A stretch of 54,084 nucleotides of DNA, the filler included, from Bipalium vagum (Eukaryota): assembly GCA_037834085.1 (NCBI GenBank). It is 3 parts of 3 records of this genome, joined end to end, with 100 filler letters (N's around TTAATTAATTAA, not from the genome) between each part and the next. Parts side by side here need not be neighbours in the genome. Positions count along the whole stretch, not along the records: positions 38,129 to 54,084 come from JBBMKC010135987.1; 2 more parts are not named here. One strand, written 5' to 3'. The notes beneath the pieces are model-generated. The model ran no database searches. It was given only the letters and a program-made list of their open reading frames with translations, and was not told the DNA's origin. The first letter of the stretch is position 1, and each line of letters begins with the position of its first letter. A program made the translations under genes and the position numbers. Below are positions 52,813 to 54,084 of this stretch, piece by piece.

Positions 52813-52946
52813 CTCCACTGGAGTGCGATGCATTTTTCCTTGAGCTATTTTATTATCTTTTTCTGAATTCGAAGACTTTTCATTTATTGGTTGTTCCACA
52901 GATCTTTTCCTACGGACACGAGAAGATTCATCGATTTCCGTCATAT
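52813..52946 (-). CDS. Integrin alpha subunit exon with furin cleavage site: MTEIDESSRVRRKRSVEQPINEKSSNSEKDNKIAQGKMHRTPVE
   Basis: Acceptor tttttttaag and strong donor GAG|gtaagc. 134 nt, phase 1 to phase 0. A polybasic RRKR site is followed by a disordered linker, as expected just before the calf-2 cysteines. Confidence 0.75.
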
Positions 52947-53469
52947 CTTAAAAAAATAAAATACTTATTTTATATAATGTAACTTATAAACAATCTATTT
53001 GTTTTATTTTTAAATTTTTTATGAGTTCAAAATTCGAATTTATTTATAACATATTTATTTTTCTGACAGAAACCACTTATATATAAAAATATATTTGTTT
53101 ACATAATCTTTCTAAACTATTTATTTAATTGAAATCATTAAATTACATTACACAATTTACTTCAGAGTTAAAGTAGCAACATTACCGAGTATTTAAAATA
53201 TCTCTGATTTTTTAATGATTGTTTTACACTATAGTTCAGATGCGGACTTCAAACTTTCAACGTATATCATCTAAAGAAAGCTGATTAATAAAATTAAAAA
53301 AAAACACTTATGTGTATTGAGGAAATAAAAAGTTAATTTTTTAAAAAAAGGGAAAATTGGAAATTAGAATTCTTTTGTTTTCACCAAGGCTTAAATCTTG
53401 TTTAAGTATCATATATATTTCATATTTCAAACCAGAGTTAAAAATGGAATTACTAAAATTATGAAAAAA

Positions 53470-53471
<2 letters not shown>

Positions 53472-53512
<41 letters not shown>
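53472..53512. repeat. (ATT)n microsatellite
   Basis: About 13 perfect units. Confidence 0.95.
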
Positions 53513-53518
<6 letters not shown>

Positions 53519-54084
53519 AAGTAAAATGATTTGAAAATTTCTTCATTAACATTTTAAAATTAAAAGCATAATAAATAGAGGGATTTTGATTTTATGATAA
53601 AAGCTTAATAACCTTCATCAAAATAATGACTGAAAATTTACTGTAGCAAGTTAATAAAGTAATTTTTCTTTATTTAATTAATTTTTAATAAGTCTTATCT
53701 GTCAATATTAACAAATTATTTTTCTTCCAATCATCTCCTAATGATTATAATCTAATAATATTTCTGTAATAATTTAATAATAATCATTTTTAATTCAGAA
53801 TATTTACCATAAAACATAATTTAACTTTTTATTGTAAAAAAATATGATGAACTTCATATACGTTGAATGAGAAGTAGATGCATTTCGAAATTCATTAGTT
53901 AAACCATGATGAAAAACCAATTTTGACTCAAAAACCAAAAATATACTGAGTATAAGTGTTAAGATCCTGGAGTTTGATGGATAAAAGGGATGTTAAAGTT
54001 CGGAGCCTAAATATCTCTCAGGTCTCAACGGTTGAAGGTTGCTTTTGTACGTGTTCGTCTTTTAATTAAAATTCACTGAGAAAA

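Noticed and set aside
1-54084. CRISPR arrays, tRNA/rRNA genes, prokaryotic operons or defence systems
   Set aside because: None seen; the window is intron- and transposon-rich eukaryotic DNA.

Overview
Very AT-rich eukaryotic (invertebrate, possibly flatworm; inference) draft-genome sequence. It consists of three contigs joined by artificial 100-nt linkers (44 N + TTAATTAATTAA + 44 N, at 19193-19292 and 38029-38128). Much of the window is decayed IS630/Tc1/mariner DNA transposons: many mariners, Tc1, Tc3, rosa-like, maT-like, ITmD37E-like, IS630-like, Tigger-like and POGK-like pogo, including one nested insertion. There is also a probable Ty3/gypsy integrase relic, a possible solo LTR and (AAT)n microsatellites. 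None of the transposases is intact. Host coding content is sparse. Two phase-compatible minus-strand exons (52813-52946 and 45311-45472) encode the furin-site/calf-2 region of an integrin alpha subunit. Two minus-strand exons (12138-12397 and 5259-5424) encode the C-terminus of an unidentified S/K/E-rich protein ending in -SKV. Candidate plus-strand exons overlap the integrin gene in antisense. I found no firm evidence of a wholly new biological system. The best leads are the antisense-overlapping unit, candidate 27-31-nt micro-introns and the rarer transposon lineages.
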